From assembly GCA_963783305.1 (NCBI GenBank), contig CAWAMW010000002.1:64001-128000 (forward strand): a stretch of 64,000 bases of DNA, written 5' to 3'. The notes beneath the pieces are model-generated. The model had not been told where the DNA came from. It did not search any database and worked only from the letters and a program-made list of their open reading frames with translations. Positions within the stretch are counted from its first letter, which is position 1, and every line of letters begins with the position of its first letter. Shown here piece by piece: positions 1-9,784 of the stretch. Origin of the DNA: an uncultured Gemmatimonadales bacterium (lineage in GTDB: Bacteria > Gemmatimonadota > Gemmatimonadetes > Longimicrobiales > RSA9). The position numbers were made by a program, and so were the translations under genes.

Positions 1-2
1 TC

Positions 3-161
3 ACGCGTGTGCTCACATCCCTGCTCTACCAGGTGGAGCCGACGGACCCGGCCGTGTTCGGGGCGTCGGTGGCGATGCTGATGGCGCTGGCGGCAGGTGC
101 GGCGTGGCTGCCGGCGCGGAGCGCGACGAAGGTGGAGGCTGCGGAGGTGCTGAGCGAGTGA
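3..161 (+). CDS. 3' end of ABC/ADOP-type (FtsX/MacB-like) permease, partial
   Basis: Frame from base 3 reads TRVLTSLLYQVEPTDPAVFGASVAMLMALAAGAAWLPARSATKVEAAEVLSE*, the typical ADOP C-terminus; also resembles the ends of the permeases at 3435 and 12232. Confidence 0.85.
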   Translation, partial: TRVLTSLLYQVEPTDPAVFGASVAMLMALAAGAAWLPARSATKVEAAEVLSE

Positions 162-190
162 CGAGTGACGAGGGTCGAGGGTCGAGTGAT
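156..190. repeat. short heptamer tandem repeat (GAGTGAC/GAGGGTC x5)
   Basis: gagtgac gagtgac gagggtc gagggtc gagtgat read directly. Confidence 0.6.
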
Positions 191-360
191 TAGGAGGTCG
201 AGGCGATGAAGTCGGCTCCACCCGCGCCAGCTCCTCCTCGGCCCACTCCCCTCCTCCCCCCCACACCTTGCCATCCGACAACAACCCAACCATCCTGACC
301 CTCGTGCTGTCGAACGTCTAGGCAACACCACGTAACCCCACCACCCGGAGCGCCGCCCCC

Positions 361-693
361 ATGTCTCCCAAACAGACCGACCTCCTCCAGGGCACCCTGG
401 ACCTCCTCATCCTCAAGACCCTCCAGAGCCAGGCGCTCCACGGCTGGGGCATCAGCAAGCGCATCCGCTCCACGTCCAACGAGGTCCTGGAGATCAACCA
501 GGGGTCGCTCTACCCGGCGCTCTACCGCCTGGAGGACCGTGGGTGGATCGAGGCCGAGTGGGGGGTGAGCCCGGAGGGTCGGCGGGCCAAGTTCTACGAG
601 CTGACGAAGGCGGGTCGTGCGCAGTTGGTGGAGGAGCGGGAGCGGTGGCAGCTCTTCTCGACGGCGATGCAGGCCGTCCTGGCGACGCCATGA
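361..693 (+). CDS. PadR family transcriptional regulator (ADOP-associated type)
   Basis: DLLQGTLDLLILKTL...HGWGI...GSLYPALYRLE...RRAKFYELT motifs. Confidence 0.95.
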   Translation: MSPKQTDLLQGTLDLLILKTLQSQALHGWGISKRIRSTSNEVLEINQGSLYPALYRLEDRGWIEAEWGVSPEGRRAKFYELTKAGRAQLVEERERWQLFSTAMQAVLATP

Positions 694-3435
694 GAAGGGC
701 GGATCGCGGTACACGGGATACGGATCACGGGGAGTGGACTCATGTTCTTCTCGGACCGCTGACCTCATCGCTCACCCGGCTCCGACGGCTCGGCGGCGCG
801 CTCTTCCGCCGCGGCCGGCTGGAGGCGGAGATGACGGAGGAGATGCGGCACCACCTGGAGCTCGAGGTGGAGGACCGGATCCGGTCGGGGATGACGCCGG
901 CGGAGGCGCGGCGGACGGCGCTCCGGGACTTCGGCGGCGTGGAGCGATGGAAGGAGGAGGCGCGGTCGGCGCGGGGTCTGGGCGGTTGGGACGCGGTGCG
1001 GCAGGATCTGCGCTACGCGGTCCGCACCCTCGTCGGATCGCCATCGTTCACGGTGGTGGCGGTGCTCACGCTGGGGCTGGGGATCGGCGCGACGACGGCG
1101 GTGTTCAGCGTCGTCGACGGGCTGCTGCTGGAGCCGCTGGGGTACGGCTCGCCAGACCGGATCGTGCGTCTTCTGGAGTACCGTGAAGGCGAGCAGGACG
1201 GGCTCGGCTTCGGGACGATCTCGCAGGCGAACTACTTCGACTGGATGGCGGAGTCGTCGTCGCTGGAGGTAGGGGCGCTCTACGACGAGTACCGGCCTAC
1301 GCTCCGGCTCGAGGACGGCGCGATGAAGGTCACGGGCGCGTCGGTGGGCGAGGATTACTTCGAGGTACTGGGTCTGCGTCCGCAGCTGGGCCGGTTCTTC
1401 CTGCCGGAGGAGGGCGAGGGCGGGTCGAGCCGGCTGGTGCTGAGTGATGGGCTGTGGCGGGAGGCGTTCGGCGCGGACCCGGGCGTGATCGGCCGGGTGC
1501 TGGACCTGAACGGGTACCCGTACACCGTGGTGGGCGTGGCGCGTCCGTTCGAGGACCCGGGGCTGTCGGGGCTGCACGGGGAGCCGCGGCTCTGGCGGTC
1601 ACCGCCGTCGTACTTCTACACGAACGGTCGGGGCGGCCGGAGCTTCACGGCCATCGCGCGGCTGGCGAACGGCGCGAGGGTGGCGCAGGCGCAGGCGGAG
1701 CTGTCGGCGATCCACGCCCGGCTGGCGGAGGAGTACCCGGAGGCGAACCGGGGGCGGGTCGTGCAGGTGGTCCCGCTGAAGGCGGACATGGTGGGCGGCA
1801 CGGCGTCCGTGCTCTGGATCCTGCTGGGCGCGGTGGGGCTCGTGCTGCTGGTGGCGTGCGCCAACGTGGCCAACCTGCTGCTCTTCAGGGCGGCCGGTCG
1901 CGGCCGGGAGATCGCGCTCCGGTCGGCGCTCGGCGCGTCCCGCGGCCGGATCATCCGCCAGCTGCTGGTGGAGAGCCTGCTGCTGGGACTGGCCGGCGCC
2001 GCGGTGGGCACGGCCGTCGCCTGGGCCGCGACCCGCGGCATCCTCGTCCTGGCCGCCGGTCAGCTCCCGCGTCTCGGCGGTGTGGCGCTCGACCCGGAGG
2101 TGCTGGGCTTCGCGCTGGCGGCGGGGCTCATCGCCACCGTCGTCTCGGGTCTGATCCCGGCGCTCCACACGGCCCGGCCGGACGCGGTCGAGGCGCTGAA
2201 GGAGGGCGGCCGCGGCTCGGCGGGGACGGGATCCCGCCGACAGGGTCGGCTGCGGACGGCGGTGGTGGCGGCGCAAGTGGCGCTGGCCGTCGTCGTCATG
2301 CTCGGCGCCGGGCTCCTGGGGCGGTCGCTGCTCCGGCTCCGGGCCGAGGACCCGGGGCTCGCGGCGGAGGGCGCGCTGGTGCTCCGGATCGACCCGCCAT
2401 CCGACCCGTTCGAGCCCTCCACCGACGAGGGATACGCCGCCACCCGCGTCGCTCCACGACCGGCTCCGCGAGCGGCTGCTCCGCGTCCCCGGCGTCGAGG
2501 CCGTCGGGATCACCGACCTGCTCCCGCTCTCCGGGTCGTTCAACGGCAACTCCTTCCGGATCGTCGGGCGTCCGGAGCCCGGGGTCGGCCAGGTGCCGAG
2601 CGCCGAGACCCGGGCCGTCGACTCCCACTACCTGGCGGCCCTCGGGATCCCCGTCATCCGCGGGCGCGGGATCGAGGCGTCGGACGGGACCGAGGGCGGG
2701 CGGCGGACCGTGGTCGTGAACGAGGAGCTCGCGCGGCAGCAGTTCCCGGACGACGACGCCATCGGCCACCAGCTCCGGGTCTTCGGCCGCGACGCGGAGC
2801 CCGCCGACATCGTGGGCGTGGTGGGCGACGTGAGCCAGTTCAGCCTGGACGAGGCGCCGGTGGCGACGATCTACGTCCCCCATCCCATGGCGCCGGACTG
2901 GATGCAGGATGAGCCGTGGCTGGTCGTTCGGGGCGCGTCGTCGATCCCCGCCGTCCGCGCCGCGATCCACGAGGTCGACGCGTCCATCCCCGTCTACGAC
3001 GCCGCCCCCATGACCGACGTGGTCGGCCGCACGCTGGCCCGCGCACGCTTCCGGACCTGGCTGCTGCTGGCGTTCGCGGGGCTGGCGTTCGTGCTCGCGG
3101 CCATCGGGGTCTACGGGATGGTGGCGTACACCGTGGCCCGGCGGCTCCCAGAGCTTGGCGTGCGGCTGGCGCTCGGGGCGACGGCCGGCCGGATCCGGTC
3201 GCTGGTCATCGGCCAGGGGCTCCGGCCCGTGGCCCTCGGGGTCGCCCTCGGCGTCGCGCTGGGGATCATCGCGATCCGGGTGCTCACCGGGTTCGTCTAC
3301 GGCGTCGGGCTGCTGGACCCGGTCACCTTCGTCGCCGCCCCCGCCCTGCTCCTGGCCACCGCCGGGCTCGCGGCGTGGCTGGCGGCGCGACGGGCGGCGA
3401 GAGTGGAGCCGGGATCCGTGCTGCGGGAGGACTAG
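690..3435 (+). pseudogene. ADOP/MacB-like duplicated ABC permease, frameshifted near 2447 (real lesion or sequencing error)
   Basis: N-terminal EMRHHLELE...ARRTALRDFGG and LLVACANVANLLL; coding sense moves to the frame of ORF 2593..3435 at about 2447 (…SLHDRLRERLLRVPGVEAVG…). Confidence 0.85.
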
Positions 3436-3465
3436 CCGCCGCCGGCGGCCGGCCGGGAACTTGCC

Positions 3466-3909
3466 GTGGAACCGCTCGAGGAGGTGACCCTGAGCGCTTC
3501 AACCGAATCGGATTCCGCCCGCATCCTCGTCGTCGACGACGATGCCAACGCCCGCACCATCAGCGCGACGTGGCTGACCCACGCCGGCTACGACGTCCGC
3601 GCGGCCCATTCGGCCGAGGGTGCGGTGGAGACCGCGCGCACGCAGCGGCCGCACCTCGTCCTCGTGGACCTGCTCATGCCGGTGGTGAGCGGCTGGAGCC
3701 TCCTGGAGCGACTGCGAGAGGAGCCGAAGACTGGCCACGCGATCCTCGTCGCCCTGACCGTCCTCACCCCCGACGAGGATCGACGCGACCCCGTCCGGCG
3801 CGGCTTCGATGAGTACTGGGTGAAGCCCATCGCGCACGGGGACCTGCTGGACCGCGTGCAGCGGGCCCTCGCCGATTCCGGGGCACCCGCGGCACGCGCC
3901 CGGGAATAG
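3466..3909 (+). CDS. single-domain response regulator (REC)
   Basis: ILVVDDD...LVDLLMPVVSG...VKP. Confidence 0.85.
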   Translation: MEPLEEVTLSASTESDSARILVVDDDANARTISATWLTHAGYDVRAAHSAEGAVETARTQRPHLVLVDLLMPVVSGWSLLERLREEPKTGHAILVALTVLTPDEDRRDPVRRGFDEYWVKPIAHGDLLDRVQRALADSGAPAARARE

Positions 3910-3999
3910 GCTTTTCTATTTAGCTTCTGAGCACGCCGGGCGGCTCGGCTTCGCAGAACGGTTCAAATTCAAATTCAAATTTCGAATTGGGTTTCGTGC

Positions 4000-4800
4000 T
4001 CAGGCGGGGACCAGCGCCACGTACGCACCCACCGGGTCCCGGACCACGGCGTACGCCTGCGCCCCCTCCCTCCGCACCACGACCTCGCCGCCTTCCTCCT
4101 CCACCCGCCGCAGGCTCTCAGCGAGGTCGCCGACAGGGAGGTAGATGAGCCAGACGGGCGGGAGGCCCGCGTTCACACCGCGCGCGTGGCACACGCCCGC
4201 GACGGCGCGGCCGCCCTCGGCCAGCATGGCGTAGTCGGAATAGCGATCGGCGCCATCCTCCATGGCCACGTCGTGTACGGACCAGCCGATGACCTGGCGG
4301 TAGAAGTCGCGGGTCGCGGCGGCGTCCGGGACCGTCAGGTCGAGCCACGCGATCCGGCCGACGGGCTCGGCGGCATCCGGCGAGCCGGTGTCGGGCGCGG
4401 CGGTGTCGGTAGAAGGGATGGCTTCCGTTGGCACCACCGGGACGACCCCGAAGGCGGCGTCGTGGGGGTCGAGCAGGACCGCCCACCGGCACCCGCCCTC
4501 GTCGTCCCGATCGTCCATCGCGACGCGGCCGCCGAGCTCGACGGCCCGTTCCACGCTCATCGCCACGTCGGCGACCTGGATGTGGGGCATCCACTGGAGC
4601 GGGAGGTCGCCGTGCTCGCCGCCCCGCTCGCCCAGGCCGATGATCGGCATGGCCAGGCTGTTCATGAGGTCGCCCGCCCACAACGGGTCCTCACCGGTGC
4701 CGAGGACGCGGGAGTAGAACCGCGCCTCACGCGCGTGGTCGGGCACTGCGATGTCGGCGCTGAAGACGGCACCGACGCCGGGTACGAAGATCTCACTCAT
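4000..4800 (-). CDS. VOC/glyoxalase family protein (two-domain)
   Basis: Start MSEIFVPG; WLDLTVPDAAATRDFY...WLIYLPV...VRDPVGA. Confidence 0.85.
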   Translation of the reverse strand: MSEIFVPGVGAVFSADIAVPDHAREARFYSRVLGTGEDPLWAGDLMNSLAMPIIGLGERGGEHGDLPLQWMPHIQVADVAMSVERAVELGGRVAMDDRDDEGGCRWAVLLDPHDAAFGVVPVVPTEAIPSTDTAAPDTGSPDAAEPVGRIAWLDLTVPDAAATRDFYRQVIGWSVHDVAMEDGADRYSDYAMLAEGGRAVAGVCHARGVNAGLPPVWLIYLPVGDLAESLRRVEEEGGEVVVRREGAQAYAVVRDPVGAYVALVPA

Positions 4801-5227
4801 GGAACCCGCCGCCCTTTCCCTGGATCCGCTCCCGCAGCCGGTCCTCCTGCTCCCGCAGCTCCGGCGTGAGCTCCTCGCCGAAGTCCTCCGCCTCGAAGAA
4901 CGGCCGAATCTCGACCTCCGCACCACCGTCGAACGGCGCCCGCTTCAGCCACTCCACCGCGTGCTCCATGGAATCCACCTTCCACACCCAGTACCCGGCG
5001 ATCAGCTCCTTCGTCTGGGCGAACGGGCCGTCGGTCACCGTGCGATCGTCGCCCGAGAACCGGACGCGCACGCCCTGCGAGCTCGGGTGCAGCCCGTCCC
5101 CGTGCACCATGATGCCGGCGTCCACCAGCTCCTCGTTGTACTTCCCCATCGCCGCCAGCTCCTTCTCGCTCGGCATCACGCCCGCCTCGCTGTCCTCGCT
5201 GGCCTTCACGATCACCATGACTCGCAT
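4793..5227 (-). CDS. YciI/DGPF family protein
   Basis: MRVMVIVKASEDSEAG...VTDGPFAQTKELIAGYW; GGAGG RBS upstream. Confidence 0.92.
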   Translation of the reverse strand: MRVMVIVKASEDSEAGVMPSEKELAAMGKYNEELVDAGIMVHGDGLHPSSQGVRVRFSGDDRTVTDGPFAQTKELIAGYWVWKVDSMEHAVEWLKRAPFDGGAEVEIRPFFEAEDFGEELTPELREQEDRLRERIQGKGGGFHE

Positions 5228-5301
5228 CCACTGCCTCCTCCTGGTTCGAAGCCGGGCCCCGGCCGCTCTCGACCGGCGTTGAACCCCGCTCTCAATGTGT
5301 G

Positions 5302-5328
5302 GTCGAACGGCGGCTCGTGAAATCGACC
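5302..5328 (-). promoter_or_regulatory. ECF42-type promoter candidate upstream of the DGPF gene
   Basis: Minus strand GGTCGAtttcacgagccgccgttCGAC resembles the TGTCGA...CG(A/T)C consensus described upstream of DGPF genes. Confidence 0.55.
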
Positions 5329-5342
5329 ACTGGGACCTGCGG

Positions 5343-5978
5343 TCACAGGCAGCCTTCGACGTACTCGATGCTCGGGCCGCCGCCGCGGAGGTGGGCGACT
5401 CTCTCGTCGGAGCCGATCTCGAAGCGGATCCCGCGGGGCGCGGGATCGGCCGGTCCCCGGCTCCAGACGGTGATGTACCTGGCCGGCAGCGCCACGTACT
5501 TGTGGGGGTCCACCCGGGCTCGCGTCCCGTAGGCCGCCAGAACCGCCGCGGCCGAATCACCCACGCGGAGTCCCTCCGGTGTCGAGATGTCCGGGTTGCC
5601 GCTGACGGAGATACGGGTGAGCACGCCGTCCTCGATCATCACGAGCACGCCCTCGGGAGCGTCGCGAGGCCGGAACTCGTCACACGATGCGGGGTCCGGA
5701 CCGCCCACCGCTCCGGGGTTCGCGTCCTCACCGGCCGCGGCCACGACTTCGGCGCGGGTCATTCCGATCCCGAGCGGGCCCCAGCCCTCGGGTGTGAGCA
5801 GCCGCGGCCCCGGCTCGGTGTCCGGGTGCGCCTGCGACACGGCTGGGGCAGTCGCCTCGACCGAATCCGCTCCGGCCGGATCCGACGCGGAGGATGCCGG
5901 GGACCGCTGCGGGCTCTCCCCGCCGCATGACACGAGGGCCACCATCAGTGCGGTAAACATCAGGATACGGATGCTCAT
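5343..5978 (-). CDS. putative lipoprotein
   Basis: Signal peptide with lipobox (ALVSC), low-complexity linker, C-terminal IEYVEGCL. Confidence 0.7.
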   Translation of the reverse strand: MSIRILMFTALMVALVSCGGESPQRSPASSASDPAGADSVEATAPAVSQAHPDTEPGPRLLTPEGWGPLGIGMTRAEVVAAAGEDANPGAVGGPDPASCDEFRPRDAPEGVLVMIEDGVLTRISVSGNPDISTPEGLRVGDSAAAVLAAYGTRARVDPHKYVALPARYITVWSRGPADPAPRGIRFEIGSDERVAHLRGGGPSIEYVEGCL

Positions 5979-6133
5979 GTCTCTCCTGCCTGGCTGGCGG
6001 TCGTGAGGCGATTCGGGGTCAGCCGCCGGGCTGGCGGTGCCGGATCCGAAGCTCCAACGTATGTCTCGCGATCCTGTTGCGCCCCGTCGTTACGGCGCCG
6101 GAACGGGACGACCCCTGGCCCTCGAGGTGCTCC

Positions 6134-6406
6134 ATGTGCCGTAACATCCGCCCCCTCTTCAACTTCAACCCTCCCGCCACCGACGAGGAGATCGGGGCGT
6201 CGGCGCTCCAGTACGTCCGGAAGGTGAGCGGCTCGACCCGGCCGTCACAGGCCAACGCGGCCGCGTTCGAGGAGGCGGCGGAGCGGGTGGCGGCGGCGAC
6301 CCGTGACCTGCTGGGAGCGCTGGTGACCAGCGCGCCCCCGAAGGACCGCGCGGTCGAGGCGGAGAAGGCGCGGGCAAGGGCGACCGCGCGCTACCGGCGG
6401 GACTGA
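6134..6406 (+). CDS. DUF2277 family protein
   Basis: MCRNIRPLFNFNPPATDEEI...ALQYVRKVSG. Confidence 0.9.
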   Translation: MCRNIRPLFNFNPPATDEEIGASALQYVRKVSGSTRPSQANAAAFEEAAERVAAATRDLLGALVTSAPPKDRAVEAEKARARATARYRRD

Positions 6407-6453
6407 GCCGCCGGCGAGCAGGACGCCCGCCGGCCCTCGGCACGCCGGATGAG

Positions 6454-6494
6454 AAAAGGCCCGGTGGAGCTGAAGCTACACCGGGCCTTTGTTT
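6454..6494. terminator. bidirectional intrinsic terminator
   Basis: aaaaggcccggtg...caccgggcctttgttt hairpin with A and T tails. Confidence 0.75.
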
Positions 6495-6510
6495 CGACAC
6501 TCGGTCCGCG

Positions 6511-6609
6511 TCAGCGGGTCACGATCTCGATGCCCTGATAGTAGTGGGCCACGATGTCGCGGTAGCTGCGGCCGCGCTCGGCCATGCCGACGGCGCCCGT
6601 CTGCGACAT
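6511..6609 (-). pseudogene. remnant duplicate 3' end of the SpoIID/LytB gene
   Basis: Translates MSQTGAVGMAERGRSYRDIVAHYYQGIEIVTR*, 26/32 aa identical to the C-terminus of 7890..9527. Confidence 0.85.
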
Positions 6610-6654
6610 GCGGCAAGGAAGACGGTGCCGGCATTGGGCTCGACTCCGGCATCC

Positions 6655-7158
6655 TCAAGAACCCCCCGCCAGCAGACGCTCGATCTCGCGACGCCGCGTC
6701 TCCAGTCCGCGCACCCGTCCGCGCGCGCCCAGCCACGCCCCGACCGCCAGCGCGAGCATCCCGCCCCCCACCGTCGCCGCGGTGAGCGCCCCGCCCGCCG
6801 GCACCGCCCCGGAGAGGCCCAGGGCGAGAGCCCCCGCCGTGAACAGCCCGCTCATCAGGATTCCCAACGCGGCAGCCGCCACCCGGTGTGTAGCGAGGAG
6901 CACGCGACGCCGTCGCAGCACATACCCGGCGAACACCGCCCACGCAGCACCGCCCAGGAACACTCCAATCAGCGCCAGCCGCGTACGCGTAGGCAGCCCC
7001 GACTCCGTGGCCGCCAGCGCGCCGCTGACGCCCGAGACCACTAGCCCCGCCACCAGCAGCGCCGCATACCGCAGCCGCGACGGCAGCCCCAGCTCCGCGG
7101 CCAGCCGACGCCGGATCTCCTCGGCCGACCGGTCCCCACTTCCATGCACTCCGTTCAT
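6655..7158 (-). CDS. small multi-pass membrane protein (putative anti-sigma or ECF partner)
   Basis: Start MNGVHG overlaps the ECF stop; about 4 hydrophobic segments. Confidence 0.7.
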   Translation of the reverse strand: MNGVHGSGDRSAEEIRRRLAAELGLPSRLRYAALLVAGLVVSGVSGALAATESGLPTRTRLALIGVFLGGAAWAVFAGYVLRRRRVLLATHRVAAAALGILMSGLFTAGALALGLSGAVPAGGALTAATVGGGMLALAVGAWLGARGRVRGLETRRREIERLLAGGS

Positions 7159-7745
7159 GACGATATTCCTTTCTCTTCGAGTCGGGCGCGGAGCAGACCG
7201 CGCGCGCGGTGGAGCCTCGACTTGACCGTCCCGTGAGGCACCTCCAGCACGGCCGCCACCTCGCGCAATGAGAGCTCCTGCAGGTAGAACAGCTCCATAA
7301 CCTCCCGCTCCAGGACCGGGAGCGCCTCCACCTCGGTCCGGATCTGCTCGGCCGTTCCCGACAGCGGATCCGGCGAGTGGCCCACGAGCGTGTCCACGGG
7401 GATCTCTTCCGCCACATCCGGACCCGCGTACCGCTTGCGCAGCCGGTCCATCACCGCGCCCCGGGCGACCCCGAACAGCCACGACCGCAGCCGTTCCGGA
7501 TGCCGCAGCCCCGGGATCCCGCGCAGGATTCGGAGCCAGACGTCCTGCACCGTCTCCGCGGCTTCCTCGGGGTGGTGGATCCGGCGGTGGACATAGCGCG
7601 ACAGCGCGCCATGCCAGCGCTCGACAAGTGCGTCGAACGCCTCCGGCTCCCCCAGTTGGCAGCGGATGGCCATGAGCTCGTCCGCCAGGACGACTCGCTC
7701 GGCCTCGGTCAGGCGCTCCGGTTCCTTCAGTCTCGGTGTTGGCAT
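7155..7745 (-). CDS. ECF RNA polymerase sigma-70 factor
   Basis: AFDALVERW...ETVQDVWL...SWLFGVAR; region 4 EVAAVLEVPHGTVKSRLHRAR. Confidence 0.93.
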   Translation of the reverse strand: MPTPRLKEPERLTEAERVVLADELMAIRCQLGEPEAFDALVERWHGALSRYVHRRIHHPEEAAETVQDVWLRILRGIPGLRHPERLRSWLFGVARGAVMDRLRKRYAGPDVAEEIPVDTLVGHSPDPLSGTAEQIRTEVEALPVLEREVMELFYLQELSLREVAAVLEVPHGTVKSRLHRARGLLRARLEEKGISS

Positions 7746-7755
7746 CAATGAGGTA

Positions 7756-7782
7756 GTCGTACGAAGCCACCGAATGGTTCAC
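7756..7782 (-). promoter_or_regulatory. candidate autoregulatory ECF promoter
   Basis: Minus strand GTGAACCattcggtggcttCGTACGAC just upstream of the sigma start. Confidence 0.4.
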
Positions 7783-7812
7783 GCGGGTCGCTCACTGAGG
7801 CGCCACGCACGG

Positions 7813-7847
7813 AGAGGGGGCGCGTCCTCCGTGGACGCGCCCCCTCT
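7813..7847 (-). terminator. GC hairpin after the SpoIID gene
   Basis: agagggggcgcgtcc...ggacgcgccccctct inverted repeat. Confidence 0.55.
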
Positions 7848-7889
7848 GCATGGCGGCAGCTGCGCACCACCGCTTACCGTCGATCCGGG

Positions 7890-9527
7890 TCAGTCGCGGG
7901 TCTCGATCTCGATTCCGCGGTAGTAGTGCTGCAGGATGTCCTGGTAGCTGCGGCCCCGCTTGGCCATGCCTACGGCGCCAGTCTGGGACATGCCGACGCC
8001 GTGGCCCCAGCCCCCGCCGTACGCCTTCCAGCCCGTGACATCCTTGGTCCTGGAGTCGACGACGGGCTCGATGAAGAAGAGCGTGCTTCGCAGCGATGCG
8101 TGCGCTCCATTCGCGTCGAGGTAGCGCAGCGTCCAGCGGATCGCGTCCTTCTCCGCGGAGAAAGTGCCGGCGTCGGTGTCGAACTCGATCCGCCGCACGC
8201 GGCCCTGGTCGGCGCGGTCCTCGACGCGGACGCCCGTGACCTCAGTGATCGGCTCGCCGAGCGACGCGGCCAGCACCTCGGCCATCTCCTCGGCGGTCCA
8301 GTCCACGGTCCACCGGTGGTAGCGCGACCAGTCGGACTCGAAGTCGCCCTCGGCGTGCGCCCGGAGGTTGGTCGGATTGGAGTGTCGCATGAAGACCTGC
8401 ACGCTCGGAACATGCTCGAGCGCCGCTCCGCGCTCCGCGTCCGGCACGCCCCGCAGATAGGGCACGGTGGCGGTATAGACGTCCTCGCTGTTGGCCGTCC
8501 AGCCACCGCTCGTGGAATGGTACAGGGTGGTGATCAGCGAGCCGTCGTGCACAGCGACCTCGCCGGCCGTGGCGTTTACCGCGGCAGTCGAGACCGGGTG
8601 CTCGCTGTCGTACCCGCCGTAGACCTGGTCACTCGTCGTCGGCAGCAGGTCGTAACCATCGGCGCTGCGCTTGCCCATGTTCGCCAGCGCGTACGTCCGC
8701 GCGGTCACGGCCTGCGCCTTCTGCGCCTCCGGCAGGCCGTACGGCACGGGGGGAAGCTCCCGCGGCACCACGCCATAGAGGTACTCCTCGAGAGGAAGCT
8801 CGTTGATCCCCGCCAGCGTGCCGCCGCTGTTGGTCCACACCTCCGCAAGGCCGCGGTAGGTGCTGCCGTTAATGGTCACAAGGCCATTGCTGGACCACAG
8901 GACGACCGGCGACTCGAGCACCTCCGTCGTGCCCTGGTGCGTGACCTCGATCTCCGTGTTCCCCACGATCGTGATCACCTTGTAGAAGGCGTCGGAGGCG
9001 GCCAGCCCGTCGGCAATCGCCTGGTTCTTGAACGCAACGCGCGCGGACCAGCCCTGGTCCTCGGTTCCGAGCAGGAGACGCCAGCAGGGGACGGAGGGGA
9101 CGAACTCCGTCCGGGTTTCGTAGCCGAGGTCCCCGGCCCGCGTCAGCCAGTCATCGCGGGCCGCCTCGCCCGCGCACGAAGTCTGGAGCCAGTAGCGGCT
9201 ATCGACACCGCCCTCGGAGAGCAGCCGCACCGTGGCCGCGCCGTTCGAGCCGGTGAAGAGGGTCGCGCCGCTCGCCTTGTCCGTGATGGTGTAGGCGCCG
9301 GTCGCGCCGATGGAGATCTCGGTCGCCGACGGGACCACGCCGATCCGGACATAGCCGTCGGGCGTGGACTGGAGCGACGCGTTCTCGCTCGCCCAGGGCG
9401 CGTCCGCGCTCAGCGGTCCGCGGTCATCGACGGCGGGGCCGGTCGGAGAATCCGAGCAGGCGGCCGCCAGGAGGGGCAGGAGAAGAAGGGACGCAGTTCG
9501 ATGACGGAGTCTGGGGAGGATCGCCAT
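7890..9527 (-). CDS. SpoIID/LytB domain lipoprotein (peptidoglycan lytic transglycosylase)
   Basis: Lipobox LAAC; LEEYLYGVVPRE, KAQAVTARTYA, DQVYGG, GWGHGVGMSQTGA. Confidence 0.92.
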   Translation of the reverse strand: MAILPRLRHRTASLLLLPLLAAACSDSPTGPAVDDRGPLSADAPWASENASLQSTPDGYVRIGVVPSATEISIGATGAYTITDKASGATLFTGSNGAATVRLLSEGGVDSRYWLQTSCAGEAARDDWLTRAGDLGYETRTEFVPSVPCWRLLLGTEDQGWSARVAFKNQAIADGLAASDAFYKVITIVGNTEIEVTHQGTTEVLESPVVLWSSNGLVTINGSTYRGLAEVWTNSGGTLAGINELPLEEYLYGVVPRELPPVPYGLPEAQKAQAVTARTYALANMGKRSADGYDLLPTTSDQVYGGYDSEHPVSTAAVNATAGEVAVHDGSLITTLYHSTSGGWTANSEDVYTATVPYLRGVPDAERGAALEHVPSVQVFMRHSNPTNLRAHAEGDFESDWSRYHRWTVDWTAEEMAEVLAASLGEPITEVTGVRVEDRADQGRVRRIEFDTDAGTFSAEKDAIRWTLRYLDANGAHASLRSTLFFIEPVVDSRTKDVTGWKAYGGGWGHGVGMSQTGAVGMAKRGRSYQDILQHYYRGIEIETRD

Positions 9528-9784
9528 GGGTCTCTCGGTGTTGGGGGGTCAAGTCTTGGGGGCCGGGGAGAACCTCCAAAATGAAGTCTATATCCCGATA
9601 GATCAAGGACAACGTCCCCCCGGATAGGGCGACCATCGCCATGATTCCGCCAGGCCTCGAGGAGGGCAAGAATTCCGGAGGCCCGAACGGCCATGCAACC
9701 CGCCGCGCCTCACCGAGCGTCTGATACCGTCACAGGCGTCATCGCAACCGTGTGGGCGCTCCGGCAACGAGCGAGTGGGATGGA

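Noticed and set aside
6511..7991. DGR TR/VR pair from the duplicated SpoIID tail
   Set aside because: Differences are not confined to adenines and many are synonymous, consistent with ordinary divergence.
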